Shown piece after piece: positions 1-9,324 of a stretch of 64,000 bases of DNA; within the stretch, counting starts at the first letter, position 1; each line of letters starts with the position of its first letter. Made by a program: the position numbers and the translations under genes. The notes beneath the pieces were generated by a model. That model searched no databases. It was not told where the DNA came from and worked only from the letters and a program-made list of their open reading frames with translations. The stretch comes from an uncultured Klebsiella sp. GTDB lineage: Bacteria > Chloroflexota > Chloroflexia > Chloroflexales > Roseiflexaceae. Location: positions 5,012-69,011 of the forward strand of contig CAYXXK010000009.1 in NCBI GenBank assembly GCA_964469045.1. Direction: 5' to 3'.

Positions 1-1
1 A

Positions 2-355
2 GCTGCCGCAGGCGGGATAAATGACCCTGGTGACTACTATCATGCCGCTATCGTCCTTCTCCACGGAGAAACCGTCGAAGAGTTCGCCACAGCCCTCTAC
101 TTCGCTCGTACTGCCACCCAACGTCATGATCATCGTGCATGGGCGGTTGTTGCCGCTAGCTGGGATCGTCTCCTTATTGCCAAACATCAACCACAGCGCT
201 TCGGCACACAATTTGTGCGAATGAATGGCCGTTGGAGTCTTGGCGAAATAGATCCAAGCGTCAATGATGCCGAACGCGCACTCTACGGGGTACCTCCACT
301 TTGGGTCCAAATAAAAAGCGCCGCTGCCTTGCAGCGACGCGATACAGAACAATAA
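2..355 (+). CDS. hypothetical protein, C-terminal fragment (5' end lies outside the window)
   Basis: Frame is open from the window edge to TAA at 353-355. First codon positions are G-rich. The tail WDRLLIAKHQPQRFGTQF...IDPSVNDAERALYGVPPL resembles, from memory only, the DUF6624-type QxYGTQ / G-x-PPL pattern. The exact antisense frame is also open (see rejected). Confidence 0.5.
   Translation, partial: AAAGGINDPGDYYHAAIVLLHGETVEEFATALYFARTATQRHDHRAWAVVAASWDRLLIAKHQPQRFGTQFVRMNGRWSLGEIDPSVNDAERALYGVPPLWVQIKSAAALQRRDTEQ
309..340 (-). terminator. rho-independent terminator after the response regulator gene
   Basis: 10-bp GC-rich stem gcgccgctgc / gcagcgacgc (318-340, one G-U pair). On the minus strand it is followed by TTTTTATTT. 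It lies about 20 nt past the regulator stop, inside the 3' end of the convergent CDS. Confidence 0.6.
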
Positions 356-360
356 CACAC

Positions 361-1056
361 CTACTCACTGTCACCTTGCTCTTCACGCAATATATATCCG
401 ACACCACGCACCGTATGAATAAGCCGTGATTCGCCGTGTGCCTCGAGCTTTTGCCGCAAATACCGCACATACACCTCGATGATGTTACTTTCACCACCAA
501 AGTCGTATCCCCACACACGATCGTAAATAATATCTCGCGTCAACACCTGTTGTGGATGACGCATAAACAATTCAAGTAACTCATATTCCTTGGCAGTCAA
601 CTCAATGCGACGACCATTCATGGTTGTTTCATGTGCAGCGGTGTCCATTTGCAAATTGTTGTAGCGGAGTATATTCCCCGTATTGCGCCCTTGGACACGA
701 CGAAGTTGTGCTTTGATACGCGCAAGCAACTCCTCAAACGCAAATGGCTTTACCAAATAATCATCCGCTCCAACCTCAAGCCCTTGCACCCGATCCGGCA
801 CTGCATCACGCGCCGTCAACATGATAATCGGCACATCAGAGGCCGAGCGAATTCGCCGTGCAACCTCAAATCCATCGATTTTGGGCAGCATCACATCAAG
901 CACAATTACATCGGGGGGACGTTCGCGTGCGGCAATTAATGCAGCTTGCCCATCAGCCGCTGTTTCAACCACAAATCCTTCAAAGCTTAGTCCACGACGT
1001 AAGTACCCGGCAATCTCTGCCTCATCTTCGACTACAAGAATGCGTTGTTGCGACAT
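361..1056 (-). CDS. OmpR-family two-component response regulator (receiver domain plus winged-helix DNA-binding domain)
   Basis: ILVVEDE...[13 protein letters not shown] receiver motifs; C-terminal [34 protein letters not shown]...[13 protein letters not shown]...IHTVRGVGY winged helix. Confidence 0.9.
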   Translation of the reverse strand: MSQQRILVVEDEAEIAGYLRRGLSFEGFVVETAADGQAALIAARERPPDVIVLDVMLPKIDGFEVARRIRSASDVPIIMLTARDAVPDRVQGLEVGADDYLVKPFAFEELLARIKAQLRRVQGRNTGNILRYNNLQMDTAAHETTMNGRRIELTAKEYELLELFMRHPQQVLTRDIIYDRVWGYDFGGESNIIEVYVRYLRQKLEAHGESRLIHTVRGVGYILREEQGDSE

Positions 1057-1071
1057 GCACCTTCCCCCTAT

Positions 1072-2265
1072 CTATGGCATCCACACAGCAAACACACCAC
1101 GCCCCAGTAGCACCACAGAACTACCCGTTGTTGGTTGCCCTTGAACGACCGTTGACGTTGACATCAGTAACCACTCACCGTCCGCGCTCCATGGCGATAG
1201 CGTGTACGCATCAAAGTAACGAATATAACCGATATACATATCACTCGGGACAAACGATGCCAAAATCTGCCGCTGCCCCGTAACAATATCAATCATCTGC
1301 CACTCAGCTTGTCCATCATCGCGTGCTACCAATACAGCTATCCGTTGCGCATCCGGCGCCCAGAACGCAGCTAATGGCTCGGTGTTACTCAATGTCATCA
1401 ACTGCTGATTGCGCCAAATACGCAACACCCGTTGGTCAGCAGTTGCAGCAATATACGCAAGTGCATCACCTGTTGGTGCATGCATCAATCGCACCGTTGC
1501 TTGCCCCTCGTCGGCAATTGTTTGACTGCGACCATCAAGAAATTGTTGCGTAATCACTGCACGCGGCACATCATTGGGGTTTGCCAACGGTTGTGGATCG
1601 GCGACGTAGTAGTAGCCATCACCCTCATTATTCCACTGTGGCGCCTGAAAGTTCGCAGGATCATTACTGATGACCGTTATTGTATCACTAGCCACGTCAT
1701 ACGTTGAGATCATCCCACCAACACGCCCTATACCACCTGTATGCAACAACAGCATCTGGCTATCATTGCGCCAATGCATATACGATGGCGCACCTCGCGC
1801 AACTTGTGTGATTTGGGTACCATCCCGATGCGCCACATACGTCACGTTTCCACCATCAACCAAAAAAGCAAGATAGCTACTGTTCGGCGACCAAATGAAC
1901 GCGAATGGCATACTGCCGGGCATCGCGTAGAGATCAATAATCTCACCTGATGCAAGTGTAATGACAGTCAACGCAATAGTCGTCTCTGTGGCGCGAGCAA
2001 AAGCCACATACGCACCATTCGGTGACACCACTGGCAATCCATATCCCTCAGGGAGTGCATCACTGCGTAAAGTCACCACCGCACCGTCACGATGAAGCTG
2101 GAGCTCTCCATCAGCCGTAACTGCTATCCAGTCAGGGATGAGCTTGGTGTCGTTTGTGGCTTGCATGAATGCAAGTGGTTTCATTGTTGACCATAATAAT
2201 CCACTGACTGCCACAATAAAGATGCTGGTGATTGCAATAATGACGATAAGCAGACGTTGTACCAC
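1072..2265 (-). CDS. membrane-anchored TolB-like beta-propeller repeat protein
   Basis: N-terminal TM helix followed by repeated SPNGAYVAF / WSPNSSYLAF / WAPDAQRIAV / WSADGEWLL blades typical of TolB/WD40-like propellers. Sits 15 nt upstream of the regulator gene on the same strand. Confidence 0.6.
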   Translation of the reverse strand: MVQRLLIVIIAITSIFIVAVSGLLWSTMKPLAFMQATNDTKLIPDWIAVTADGELQLHRDGAVVTLRSDALPEGYGLPVVSPNGAYVAFARATETTIALTVITLASGEIIDLYAMPGSMPFAFIWSPNSSYLAFLVDGGNVTYVAHRDGTQITQVARGAPSYMHWRNDSQMLLLHTGGIGRVGGMISTYDVASDTITVISNDPANFQAPQWNNEGDGYYYVADPQPLANPNDVPRAVITQQFLDGRSQTIADEGQATVRLMHAPTGDALAYIAATADQRVLRIWRNQQLMTLSNTEPLAAFWAPDAQRIAVLVARDDGQAEWQMIDIVTGQRQILASFVPSDMYIGYIRYFDAYTLSPWSADGEWLLMSTSTVVQGQPTTGSSVVLLGRGVFAVWMP

Positions 2266-2379
2266 GCAGATATCTCCATAGCACGGTGATTCTCTTTGTA
2301 GTATATGCTGTCAATATGGGAAAGAGATGAAACGCATGGTATAACCATACTAGTATGTATTTTTGTACGAGATAATTCT

Positions 2380-3156
2380 ATGCAACCGGTTATTGCGCAC
2401 GAATACGGCGAAGGGGCGCCGCTCATCCTGCTCCATGCGTTCCCCCTGAATCATCAAATGTGGCAACCCCAACTTGCCGTACTTGGACATCGTTACCATA
2501 TCCTCGCATTTGATTACGCTGGCTTTGGCTCATCGTATTGGCATCCGAGCACTCCCGCTGATGCCACGCATATCGATGAATTAGCCCAACACATCATTGA
2601 CACTCTCGATGAATACCAAATCGAGACTGCGGCAGTCGCCGGCCTTTCGATGGGTGGCTACCTTGCGCTCGCACTCTGGCGCATTGCCCCACACCGCATC
2701 AACCGTCTCGCCTTGTGTAACACACGCGCTGCCGCCGACGACGAGTCCACCAAAGCGACCCGTAGCCGGAATACCGCGATCGCCCTCGAACAAGGATCCG
2801 AAGCCATTGCCAATATCATGCTGCCACGCCTGTTGTCTGAATTCACCGGCAATGGCATCAAACGTATCGTGCGCGATATGGCCGCATCAGCACCCTCTCA
2901 CGCCATTGCCAATGCGCTACTGATGATGCGTGAACGTCCTGATGCATCTGCACTCCTACCTCAAATCACCGTGCCAACGCTCATCATCGGTGCCACTCAT
3001 GACCCAATTATCCCCGCCGATGAAAGCCGGGCCATGGCCGCCCAAATCCCCCACGGGCACGCCGTCATCATCGACGAGGTGGGCCACTTGAGTAATCTTG
3101 AGCGGCCTGATCTCTTCAATTCTGCCATCATCAACTGGATGCAACGCGACGTGTAG
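2380..3156 (+). CDS. alpha/beta-fold hydrolase
   Basis: LILLHAFPLNHQMW, nucleophile elbow GLSMGG, C-terminal IDEVGHLSNLERP. Start moved to the ATG at 2380 (MQPVIAHEYGEG). Confidence 0.8.
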   Translation: MQPVIAHEYGEGAPLILLHAFPLNHQMWQPQLAVLGHRYHILAFDYAGFGSSYWHPSTPADATHIDELAQHIIDTLDEYQIETAAVAGLSMGGYLALALWRIAPHRINRLALCNTRAAADDESTKATRSRNTAIALEQGSEAIANIMLPRLLSEFTGNGIKRIVRDMAASAPSHAIANALLMMRERPDASALLPQITVPTLIIGATHDPIIPADESRAMAAQIPHGHAVIIDEVGHLSNLERPDLFNSAIINWMQRDV

Positions 3157-4447
3157 ATACCATCAATCGCCACCACATTGCCAAAATAAGTGTTTCAATC
3201 GGGAATAACACAAGATGCGCCTGCCAAACTCCGGCAGGCGTTGGCGTTATTCGCGTTACAAATACCCATGCTAACCCTAATGTCAACCACACCGCACTCG
3301 CACTCACCAACAACGGCACACGTGTCTGCCCCAACCCACGCATCGCACCTGCAATAATCAAACAAGCAGCCCACCACGGCAAACAGAGTGCAGCCCATCG
3401 TAGTGCCGGTACCGCTGAGTTCAACATCTCCTGCACTACTGTCGCATCACTCACGAACAGTCGCACCACCGGCTCTGGCCATATGAGCAAAAGGCACATC
3501 ACCACAATCATCCAACCGATACCCCATACTAATGCGGTACCCAATAGACGCGGAATACTTGATATCTCATGTGCACCAGAGGATTGTCCCACTAAGGCGG
3601 TCGTCGCAATTGTGAGACCAATGACCGGCAAATACGCAAGCGGCAACACAGTTAATATGACGCGGTGCGCCGCCACATCGATGATACCCAACACTGCAAC
3701 TATTGGCGTCAACAACGTCATCGCACCCAAAATCAATACCTCTTCAAATGCCGTTGGGACGCCAATCTTGCCCAACTGTGTGGCGATTGACCAATCCCCG
3801 AAACGCACTACACCCATCTGCTGCCATAACCCACGCCATAACCAAAGCGCACCAACTGCACGCGCCAAAAGCGTTGCCCACACACTCCCGATCGCACCCA
3901 TACCACTCCAGTCAGCCACCCCAAACATCAGGACGTACCCAAACACGCCGTTGAGCAGATTCACGACAACCCCAATGCGTAACGGAGTCTGTCCATCACC
4001 CATCCCACGATACAACGCCCCAGCAACTAACTGCGCCATCAATAACCACATGCCAATCCCCGTCAATGTGAGCGCATCAGTCGCAATAACCGCTGCCCCA
4101 TCGGCCAACCCAAGCCCACTCATCAACCACGGAGCACCAAACCACGTCATCACACCAATTAATAGTGCGAGTACGCTCCCCCACCAGAGCGATCCACCAA
4201 TAATCTGTTGCTGCCGCGCATAATCCCCTGCTCCGGTTGCATTCGCGATCATGACTGTGGCACCTACCGAAATCGCCATAAAGATCGCCGTTATCACGCC
4301 AATTACTTGTTGTGCAGTACCGATACCAGCCAATGCCTCGATCCCAATCCATGACACAAATATGGTGTCTACGACACCAACTGTCATTTGCAATATCATG
4401 TCAAGAATAATTGGCGTAGCTAACCCTAACACTCTTCGGTGCATCAT
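3131..4447 (-). CDS. MATE-family multidrug/efflux transporter
   Basis: About 12 TM helices and an N-terminal LATPIILDMILQ motif typical of MATE/NorM-like proteins. Start placed at the internal ATG (4447), which has GGAG 6 nt upstream. Confidence 0.85.
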   Translation of the reverse strand: MMHRRVLGLATPIILDMILQMTVGVVDTIFVSWIGIEALAGIGTAQQVIGVITAIFMAISVGATVMIANATGAGDYARQQQIIGGSLWWGSVLALLIGVMTWFGAPWLMSGLGLADGAAVIATDALTLTGIGMWLLMAQLVAGALYRGMGDGQTPLRIGVVVNLLNGVFGYVLMFGVADWSGMGAIGSVWATLLARAVGALWLWRGLWQQMGVVRFGDWSIATQLGKIGVPTAFEEVLILGAMTLLTPIVAVLGIIDVAAHRVILTVLPLAYLPVIGLTIATTALVGQSSGAHEISSIPRLLGTALVWGIGWMIVVMCLLLIWPEPVVRLFVSDATVVQEMLNSAVPALRWAALCLPWWAACLIIAGAMRGLGQTRVPLLVSASAVWLTLGLAWVFVTRITPTPAGVWQAHLVLFPIETLILAMWWRLMVSTRRVASS

Positions 4448-4458
4448 TGACGTCTCCA

Positions 4459-4486
4459 TCATTTAGTTACTCGAGTAACTAAATGA
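4459..4486. promoter_or_regulatory. perfect 28-nt palindrome (14+14) immediately upstream of the MATE gene; candidate operator
   Basis: tcatttagttactc|gagtaactaaatga is read directly from the sequence. It is self-complementary with no mismatch and centred on CTCGAG. Confidence 0.5.
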
Positions 4487-4545
4487 TAAAACACATCTAC
4501 CCTACATGCAAAAAGAGATTTTAATTCGATACATAAGTAATGGGT

Positions 4546-5517
4546 TTAGAGAGAGGCACCAGGTACATATGTCCCAGTCAGCACCACCGATTGGGGGGAT
4601 TTCCCTTGGAGCGTTGTAACAAGATAGTCAATAGCATGCGCGCCAAGCGCAAACGCCGGGAGTTTGACATGTGTCAACGCTGGATATAACATATCTGCCA
4701 CTGTAGAGCCACCAATAGCAGTCACCGCAATATCCTCCGGAATACGTCGTTTCATTTTGAGTGCACAATGATAGACAGCAGCTGCAAGCATATCGTCGTC
4801 ACAACAGAAGAGCGTTGTCTGATCATCAAATTGCTTGATTAATGACTCAATTATCTGCACAATTTGGACAAAATCGAGTGGTACACGAATTTGTCGCGCC
4901 TGAAATGGATGTTGCTGTCCAAATGCGATAAATGCCTCTCGCCGCATCACAAATGTTGGATCGGGCAAATCAACACTCACATGCACAATTCGCTGATGAC
5001 GCTTGACTCCTTGAATCAATAGCATGTGCATCGCTTGATTCACTGCAAATTCAACTGCAGAAACACCGGGAACACGATGCTCAACAGTAGTGATTCGACT
5101 AGCATAGCGTTTGGTTAATGCTGGATTCATCGGTTGCCACAAGACAAACCCATCGATTGCGCGCTCGGCAAGATGTTGTACAACCACCTCTTGCGTCGAC
5201 TGCGTATTGCGACTGTGAACAAGTGCCAACGTATACCCGGCAGCCTGTGCTGCAGATTCTGCCCCAAGATAGACATCACCAAAAAACGGATTATCGACTT
5301 TCGGCACAACCAAGGCCAACACACGTGATTCACCGGTACGCAATGTACGCGCAAGTCGATTTGTCACATACCCCATGGACTGTGCTTCAGCCCGGATTTT
5401 GTCAGCTAACTCAGGTGCCACGCGCTTAGCACTATGCCCATTGAGTACAAGCGATACCGTCGCGCGCGACACACCTACACGATCGGCAATATCTTGATGC
5501 GTTACATTACGCGTCAT
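4546..5517 (-). CDS. LacI-family transcriptional regulator
   Basis: N-terminal HTH VTHQDIADRVGVSRATVSLVLNG followed by a periplasmic-binding-protein-like sugar-binding fold. The ATG at 5517 is preferred over the upstream TTG. Confidence 0.85.
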   Translation of the reverse strand: MTRNVTHQDIADRVGVSRATVSLVLNGHSAKRVAPELADKIRAEAQSMGYVTNRLARTLRTGESRVLALVVPKVDNPFFGDVYLGAESAAQAAGYTLALVHSRNTQSTQEVVVQHLAERAIDGFVLWQPMNPALTKRYASRITTVEHRVPGVSAVEFAVNQAMHMLLIQGVKRHQRIVHVSVDLPDPTFVMRREAFIAFGQQHPFQARQIRVPLDFVQIVQIIESLIKQFDDQTTLFCCDDDMLAAAVYHCALKMKRRIPEDIAVTAIGGSTVADMLYPALTHVKLPAFALGAHAIDYLVTTLQGKSPQSVVLTGTYVPGASL

Positions 5518-6769
5518 CCGTATCCTCAATCAACGTCGCAAACAAATCATCATACGTCTCGGCCCGTCGGATCAAACGCAACTGCCCATCACTCGTATGC
5601 AACACCTCGCCACAGCGCAACTTACCGTTGTAATTAAAGCCCATGGCCCGCCCGTGTGCCCCTGTATCGTGAATCACCATCACGTCGCCAGGATGGACCT
5701 GTGGGAGCTGCCGATTTACCGCAAATTTGTCGTTGTTCTCACACAGCGATCCCACTACATCGTAGTGCTCATCGGTATCATGCGTTGGCGTACCCACCAC
5801 CGTAATATGATGATAGGCCCCGTACATACCTGGGCGCATCAAATCGGCCATCGACGCATCAACACCCACATAATTGCGATACGTGCTCTTGGCGTGGCGT
5901 ACTGTGGTCACCAACATTCCCGCTGGGCCACTAATCACCCGACCACATTCAAGCAATACGCGCGGCGCTGGCATGCCAGTGGGCACGATATATTGATCAA
6001 ATGCCCGCGCCACACCAGCACCCACACGCTCGATATCAACTGGCATATCGTCGGGGTGATAGGGGATCCCAATGCCACCACCGAGATTGATATACTCAAA
6101 TGCAATCCCAAGCTCACGGTAGATATCAGCCGCCAACTGAAAGAGCATGTCAGCCGTGGTCACAAAATAATCGGCATTACGCTCATTCGAGGCAATCATG
6201 GTATGCAACCCAAACCGCGTCACGCCTAATGCTTTGGCCTGCGCATACCCGGCCAACAACTGCGCCTTGGTTGCCCCAAATTTGGCCTCTGCCGGGCGGC
6301 CAATAATCGTATTACCCTCACGCTCAGCACCTGGGTTATACCGGAACGACACCAGCTCGGGCAGTGCCACATCATGTGCCAGCAAGTAATCGAGATGCCC
6401 AACATCATCAAAGTTGATATGCGCACCTAGTTTGAGTGCCATACGGTACTCGTCAATCGGCGTGTTATTCGAGGTGAACATGATGGCATCGCCACGAAGC
6501 CCCAAGCGCCCGGCCATGATTAGCTCAGCAAACGAACTACAATCGAGTCCACATCCTTCTTCGTTGACAATGCGCAAAATCGCCGGGTTCGGTGTCGCTT
6601 TCACGGCAAAATAATTGCGAAAACCAGGCGCCCAGGCAAATGCGCGATTGAGACGGCGTACTGCCTGGCGAATCGTCGTCTCATCATACAAATGAAAGGG
6701 TGTCCTGAATGCGTGCGTCGCCGCAGTAATCACGGCCTCACTCACGGGCAGAGGTTTGGATGTCGTCAT
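5507..6769 (-). CDS. PLP-dependent decarboxylase of the diaminopimelate decarboxylase family (alanine-racemase fold)
   Basis: FAVKATPNP (PLP lysine), GCGLDCSSFAEL, GGGIGIPY and CENNDKF motifs. The exact substrate (DAP versus another amine precursor) cannot be determined by eye. Confidence 0.75.
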   Translation of the reverse strand: MTTSKPLPVSEAVITAATHAFRTPFHLYDETTIRQAVRRLNRAFAWAPGFRNYFAVKATPNPAILRIVNEEGCGLDCSSFAELIMAGRLGLRGDAIMFTSNNTPIDEYRMALKLGAHINFDDVGHLDYLLAHDVALPELVSFRYNPGAEREGNTIIGRPAEAKFGATKAQLLAGYAQAKALGVTRFGLHTMIASNERNADYFVTTADMLFQLAADIYRELGIAFEYINLGGGIGIPYHPDDMPVDIERVGAGVARAFDQYIVPTGMPAPRVLLECGRVISGPAGMLVTTVRHAKSTYRNYVGVDASMADLMRPGMYGAYHHITVVGTPTHDTDEHYDVVGSLCENNDKFAVNRQLPQVHPGDVMVIHDTGAHGRAMGFNYNGKLRCGEVLHTSDGQLRLIRRAETYDDLFATLIEDTDDA

Positions 6770-6795
6770 CGGTTGACGCTTTCTTGCAAAATCAC

Positions 6796-7737
6796 TTAAC
6801 CTGCAGGTGGTATCACTCTATCATCATCGGCATCAAGTGGCAACGTCGAGTGCTCGCTCGCCAGTGGCACCGGCGAGTTGGGCAATGTCGACGGATGCGT
6901 AAAGCCCTCACCAAGCACCTCGAGTGCCTCGCCGATAATCACAAACGCCTTAGGGTCATGCGTATTGACAATTGCTTTGATGACGCCCACCTCGCTACGT
7001 GCCACCGCACACACCAAAATATTGCGCTTGCGGTGCGTATACCCGCCACGCCCCTCAAGCAGTGTCACGCCACGGCCAAGCTCAGCAAAGACATCGCGCA
7101 CAATCGCATTTGGCTCCTGCGTAATAATAAACAGCTGGCGTGAGCCCTTGCCAGCAGCCAAGGTGGCATCAATCACCCGCGTGGCAATAAAAGCCACAAT
7201 CAGGGCGTACAGCGCTTTCTCGGGACCATACAAAAAGAATGCCCCCACGTATATCGCAATATCGACCAGCAGAATCACTCGCCCCGGTGCCACGCCATAG
7301 CGCCGCTCGACAATGCGTGCAATAATGTCGGTTCCACCGGTTGTACCACCGACGCGCAGTACTAGCCCCATGCCGATGCCGTCGAGTAGGCCACCGTAGA
7401 TGCTATACAGCAATGGATCATCTGTCACTATTGGCAAAAACGGCGCAATATAGTCGATACCAAAGGCAAGTAACACTGTGGCATAAACGGTGCGTAACGC
7501 AAACTTGAGACCGCCGAGCATGCGAAAGCCGAAGATAAATAGCGGGATGTTGAACGCAATAATCAGCCAGCCGATTGGCAGCTCAATCAACGAATTTAAC
7601 ATGATGGCAAGGCCCGTCACGCCACCTGCAACGACTTCATTGGGCACCAAAAACGACCGCGCCGCTGTCGCTGAAAGCAATGCACCAAACGTGATGATGC
7701 CGTAGTCACGCGCTGTGCGCCAAACAGTCTGTTGCAT
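6796..7737 (-). CDS. YitT-family integral membrane protein (with DUF2179-like C-terminal domain)
   Basis: Polytopic N-terminal region with GGTTGGTDI, plus a soluble C-terminal VTLLEGRGGYT...VCAVARSEV...IKAIVNTHDPKAFVII module typical of YitT/YpjC proteins. Confidence 0.8.
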   Translation of the reverse strand: MQQTVWRTARDYGIITFGALLSATAARSFLVPNEVVAGGVTGLAIMLNSLIELPIGWLIIAFNIPLFIFGFRMLGGLKFALRTVYATVLLAFGIDYIAPFLPIVTDDPLLYSIYGGLLDGIGMGLVLRVGGTTGGTDIIARIVERRYGVAPGRVILLVDIAIYVGAFFLYGPEKALYALIVAFIATRVIDATLAAGKGSRQLFIITQEPNAIVRDVFAELGRGVTLLEGRGGYTHRKRNILVCAVARSEVGVIKAIVNTHDPKAFVIIGEALEVLGEGFTHPSTLPNSPVPLASEHSTLPLDADDDRVIPPAG

Positions 7738-7790
7738 GCCGATCCCCTCACTTACAAATGCAACCTGTATTGTACCAGCATCATCACCAC

Positions 7791-7834
7791 AAAAAGCCCC
7801 CTCTCGCCGTACGCTGTTGTACGAGGAGAGGGGG
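7791..7834 (-). terminator. rho-independent terminator after the small 72-aa ORF
   Basis: 9-bp stem ccccctctc (7797-7805) / gagaggggg (7826-7834). On the minus strand it is followed by CTTTTTGT. Confidence 0.6.
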
Positions 7835-7853
7835 AGGACGCAATCTTGCGAGT

Positions 7854-8072
7854 TTAGTTGAGTTTGTCAGGACTCATCTGTGGCTTGTGGCGGCGCAACT
7901 TGAGGTCAAGAGCAGCCATCATCGTCTCAGTATCCAAAGAAGCCGCCTCTGCTTGTACTTGCAAACGCGTGTGGCTCCGCTCAATTCCCATAGCGCGCAA
8001 CATCTGCTCTGCTTCTGGGATTTGTGTCATGACTTCGTCGCTGTACGACTGTTCTACGTGTGTGTGATCCAT
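7854..8072 (-). CDS. small hypothetical protein (72 aa)
   Basis: ATG at 8072 has AAGGAGG 7 nt upstream and the ORF has its own terminator downstream. No recognisable domain. Confidence 0.5.
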   Translation of the reverse strand: MDHTHVEQSYSDEVMTQIPEAEQMLRAMGIERSHTRLQVQAEAASLDTETMMAALDLKLRRHKPQMSPDKLN

Positions 8073-8365
8073 TGGGTGGCCTCCTTGCCATGCAATGTTT
8101 TTCGAACCCATTTGTATAGTATTGTATATTTCATATGAGTGCAAGCCTTTTTATTTGTGCATAATATACAAATATATCGTTTTTTTCAAATAAAGCACAT
8201 GCACACGACCGCAGAGTAGCAGGAATGTTGGCGTGGTGTGCAGTTAGTTTATCCAAATCACATGAGCGAGTTCGTATGAAGGAGGGATAAAACGGATTAT
8301 TTGCTGAAAAGCTATTATCATGCTAGGATAGCACGGCAAAAGGGATAATTTTGGGAGTAACGCAG

Positions 8366-9244
8366 ATGAGCATTCTCGTCGACCGCAATACGCGGTTAGT
8401 TGTACAAGGAATCACCGGTCGTGAAGGTGAGTTCCACACCCGCCAAATGGTGGCGTATGGTACCAACGTGGTTGCTGGTGTCACACCAGGTCGCGCTGGG
8501 CAGACCGCCATTGACGGTCAAGTGCCGATTTTCAATACAGTAGCTGACGCCGTCAAGGCTACCGGTGCCAACACCTCAATTATCTATGTGCCGGCCGCAT
8601 TTGCACCAGACGCCATCCGCGAGGCTGCAGCAGCTGGGATTGCCTTAATTGTGTGTATCACTGAAGGCATTCCTGCCAATGACATGGTCAGCACCTATGC
8701 CTATGTCAAAGAATGTGGCGCGCGCTTGGTTGGACCCAACTGCCCCGGTCTGTTGACCCCTGGTCAAGCCAAGGTCGGCATCATCCCCGGCAACATTGCC
8801 ATCCCTGGCCCAGTCGGTATCGTCTCAAAGAGTGGTACGTTGACCTACGAGGCCGTCGATGCCTTGACCCGCATTGGGCTCGGCCAGAGCTCAATCGTCG
8901 GTATCGGTGGTGACCCAATCATCGGCACCAACTACATCGATGTGCTCGAGCAGTTCCAGAACGACCCCGAGACCAAGGCAATTGTCTTGATCGGCGAAAT
9001 CGGTGGCACGGCTGAGCAAGACGCCGCTCGCTACATCGGCAAGCATGTCACCAAGCCCGTCGTCGGCTTCATCGCCGGACGCACCGCCCCCGAGGGCAAG
9101 CGCATGGGTCATGCTGGTGCCATCATCTCAGGTGGCGAAGGTACCGCCCAAGAGAAGATCGAGGCCTTGCAAGCCGTTGGTGTGCATGTCGCAGAGCTCC
9201 CCACTGATATCGCACGCTTGGTCAAAGAGGCAATGGAGAAGTAG
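8366..9244 (+). CDS. sucD: succinate--CoA ligase (ADP/GDP-forming) alpha subunit
   Basis: [27 protein letters not shown] and MGHAGAI (catalytic His) motifs. GGGAG RBS 8 nt upstream of the ATG at 8366. Confidence 0.9.
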   Translation: MSILVDRNTRLVVQGITGREGEFHTRQMVAYGTNVVAGVTPGRAGQTAIDGQVPIFNTVADAVKATGANTSIIYVPAAFAPDAIREAAAAGIALIVCITEGIPANDMVSTYAYVKECGARLVGPNCPGLLTPGQAKVGIIPGNIAIPGPVGIVSKSGTLTYEAVDALTRIGLGQSSIVGIGGDPIIGTNYIDVLEQFQNDPETKAIVLIGEIGGTAEQDAARYIGKHVTKPVVGFIAGRTAPEGKRMGHAGAIISGGEGTAQEKIEALQAVGVHVAELPTDIARLVKEAMEK

Positions 9245-9267
9245 AGTATCACCCCGGTAAGCATGAT

Positions 9268-9302
9268 AGCGGCGATGCGTATCTACGCGTCGCCGCTTTT
9301 GT
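9268..9302 (+). terminator. rho-independent terminator after sucD
   Basis: Hairpin agcggcgatgcgt...acgcgtcgccgct (9268-9296) followed by TTTTGTAT. Confidence 0.7.
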
Positions 9303-9324
9303 ATATACACAGGAGAGTATCACC

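Noticed and set aside
21-224. 67-aa plus-strand ORF, and the 85-aa minus-strand ORF at 261-518.
   Set aside because: Both are out of frame relative to better-supported genes (the edge-truncated CDS and the response regulator) and have implausible sequences.
2-310. Minus-strand frame that is also open from a TTG at 310 to the window edge, directly antisense to the plus-strand CDS fragment.
   Set aside because: Its only possible start lies inside the T-tract of the response-regulator terminator. The GGAGG downstream has no start codon at a usable distance. The plus-strand translation looks far more protein-like and ends in a proper stop. I treat it as a shadow ORF.
2346-2357. 12-nt perfect palindrome CATACTAGTATG upstream of the alpha/beta hydrolase gene.
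   Set aside because: A 6+6 palindrome is expected roughly a dozen times by chance in 64 kb, and nothing else supports it.
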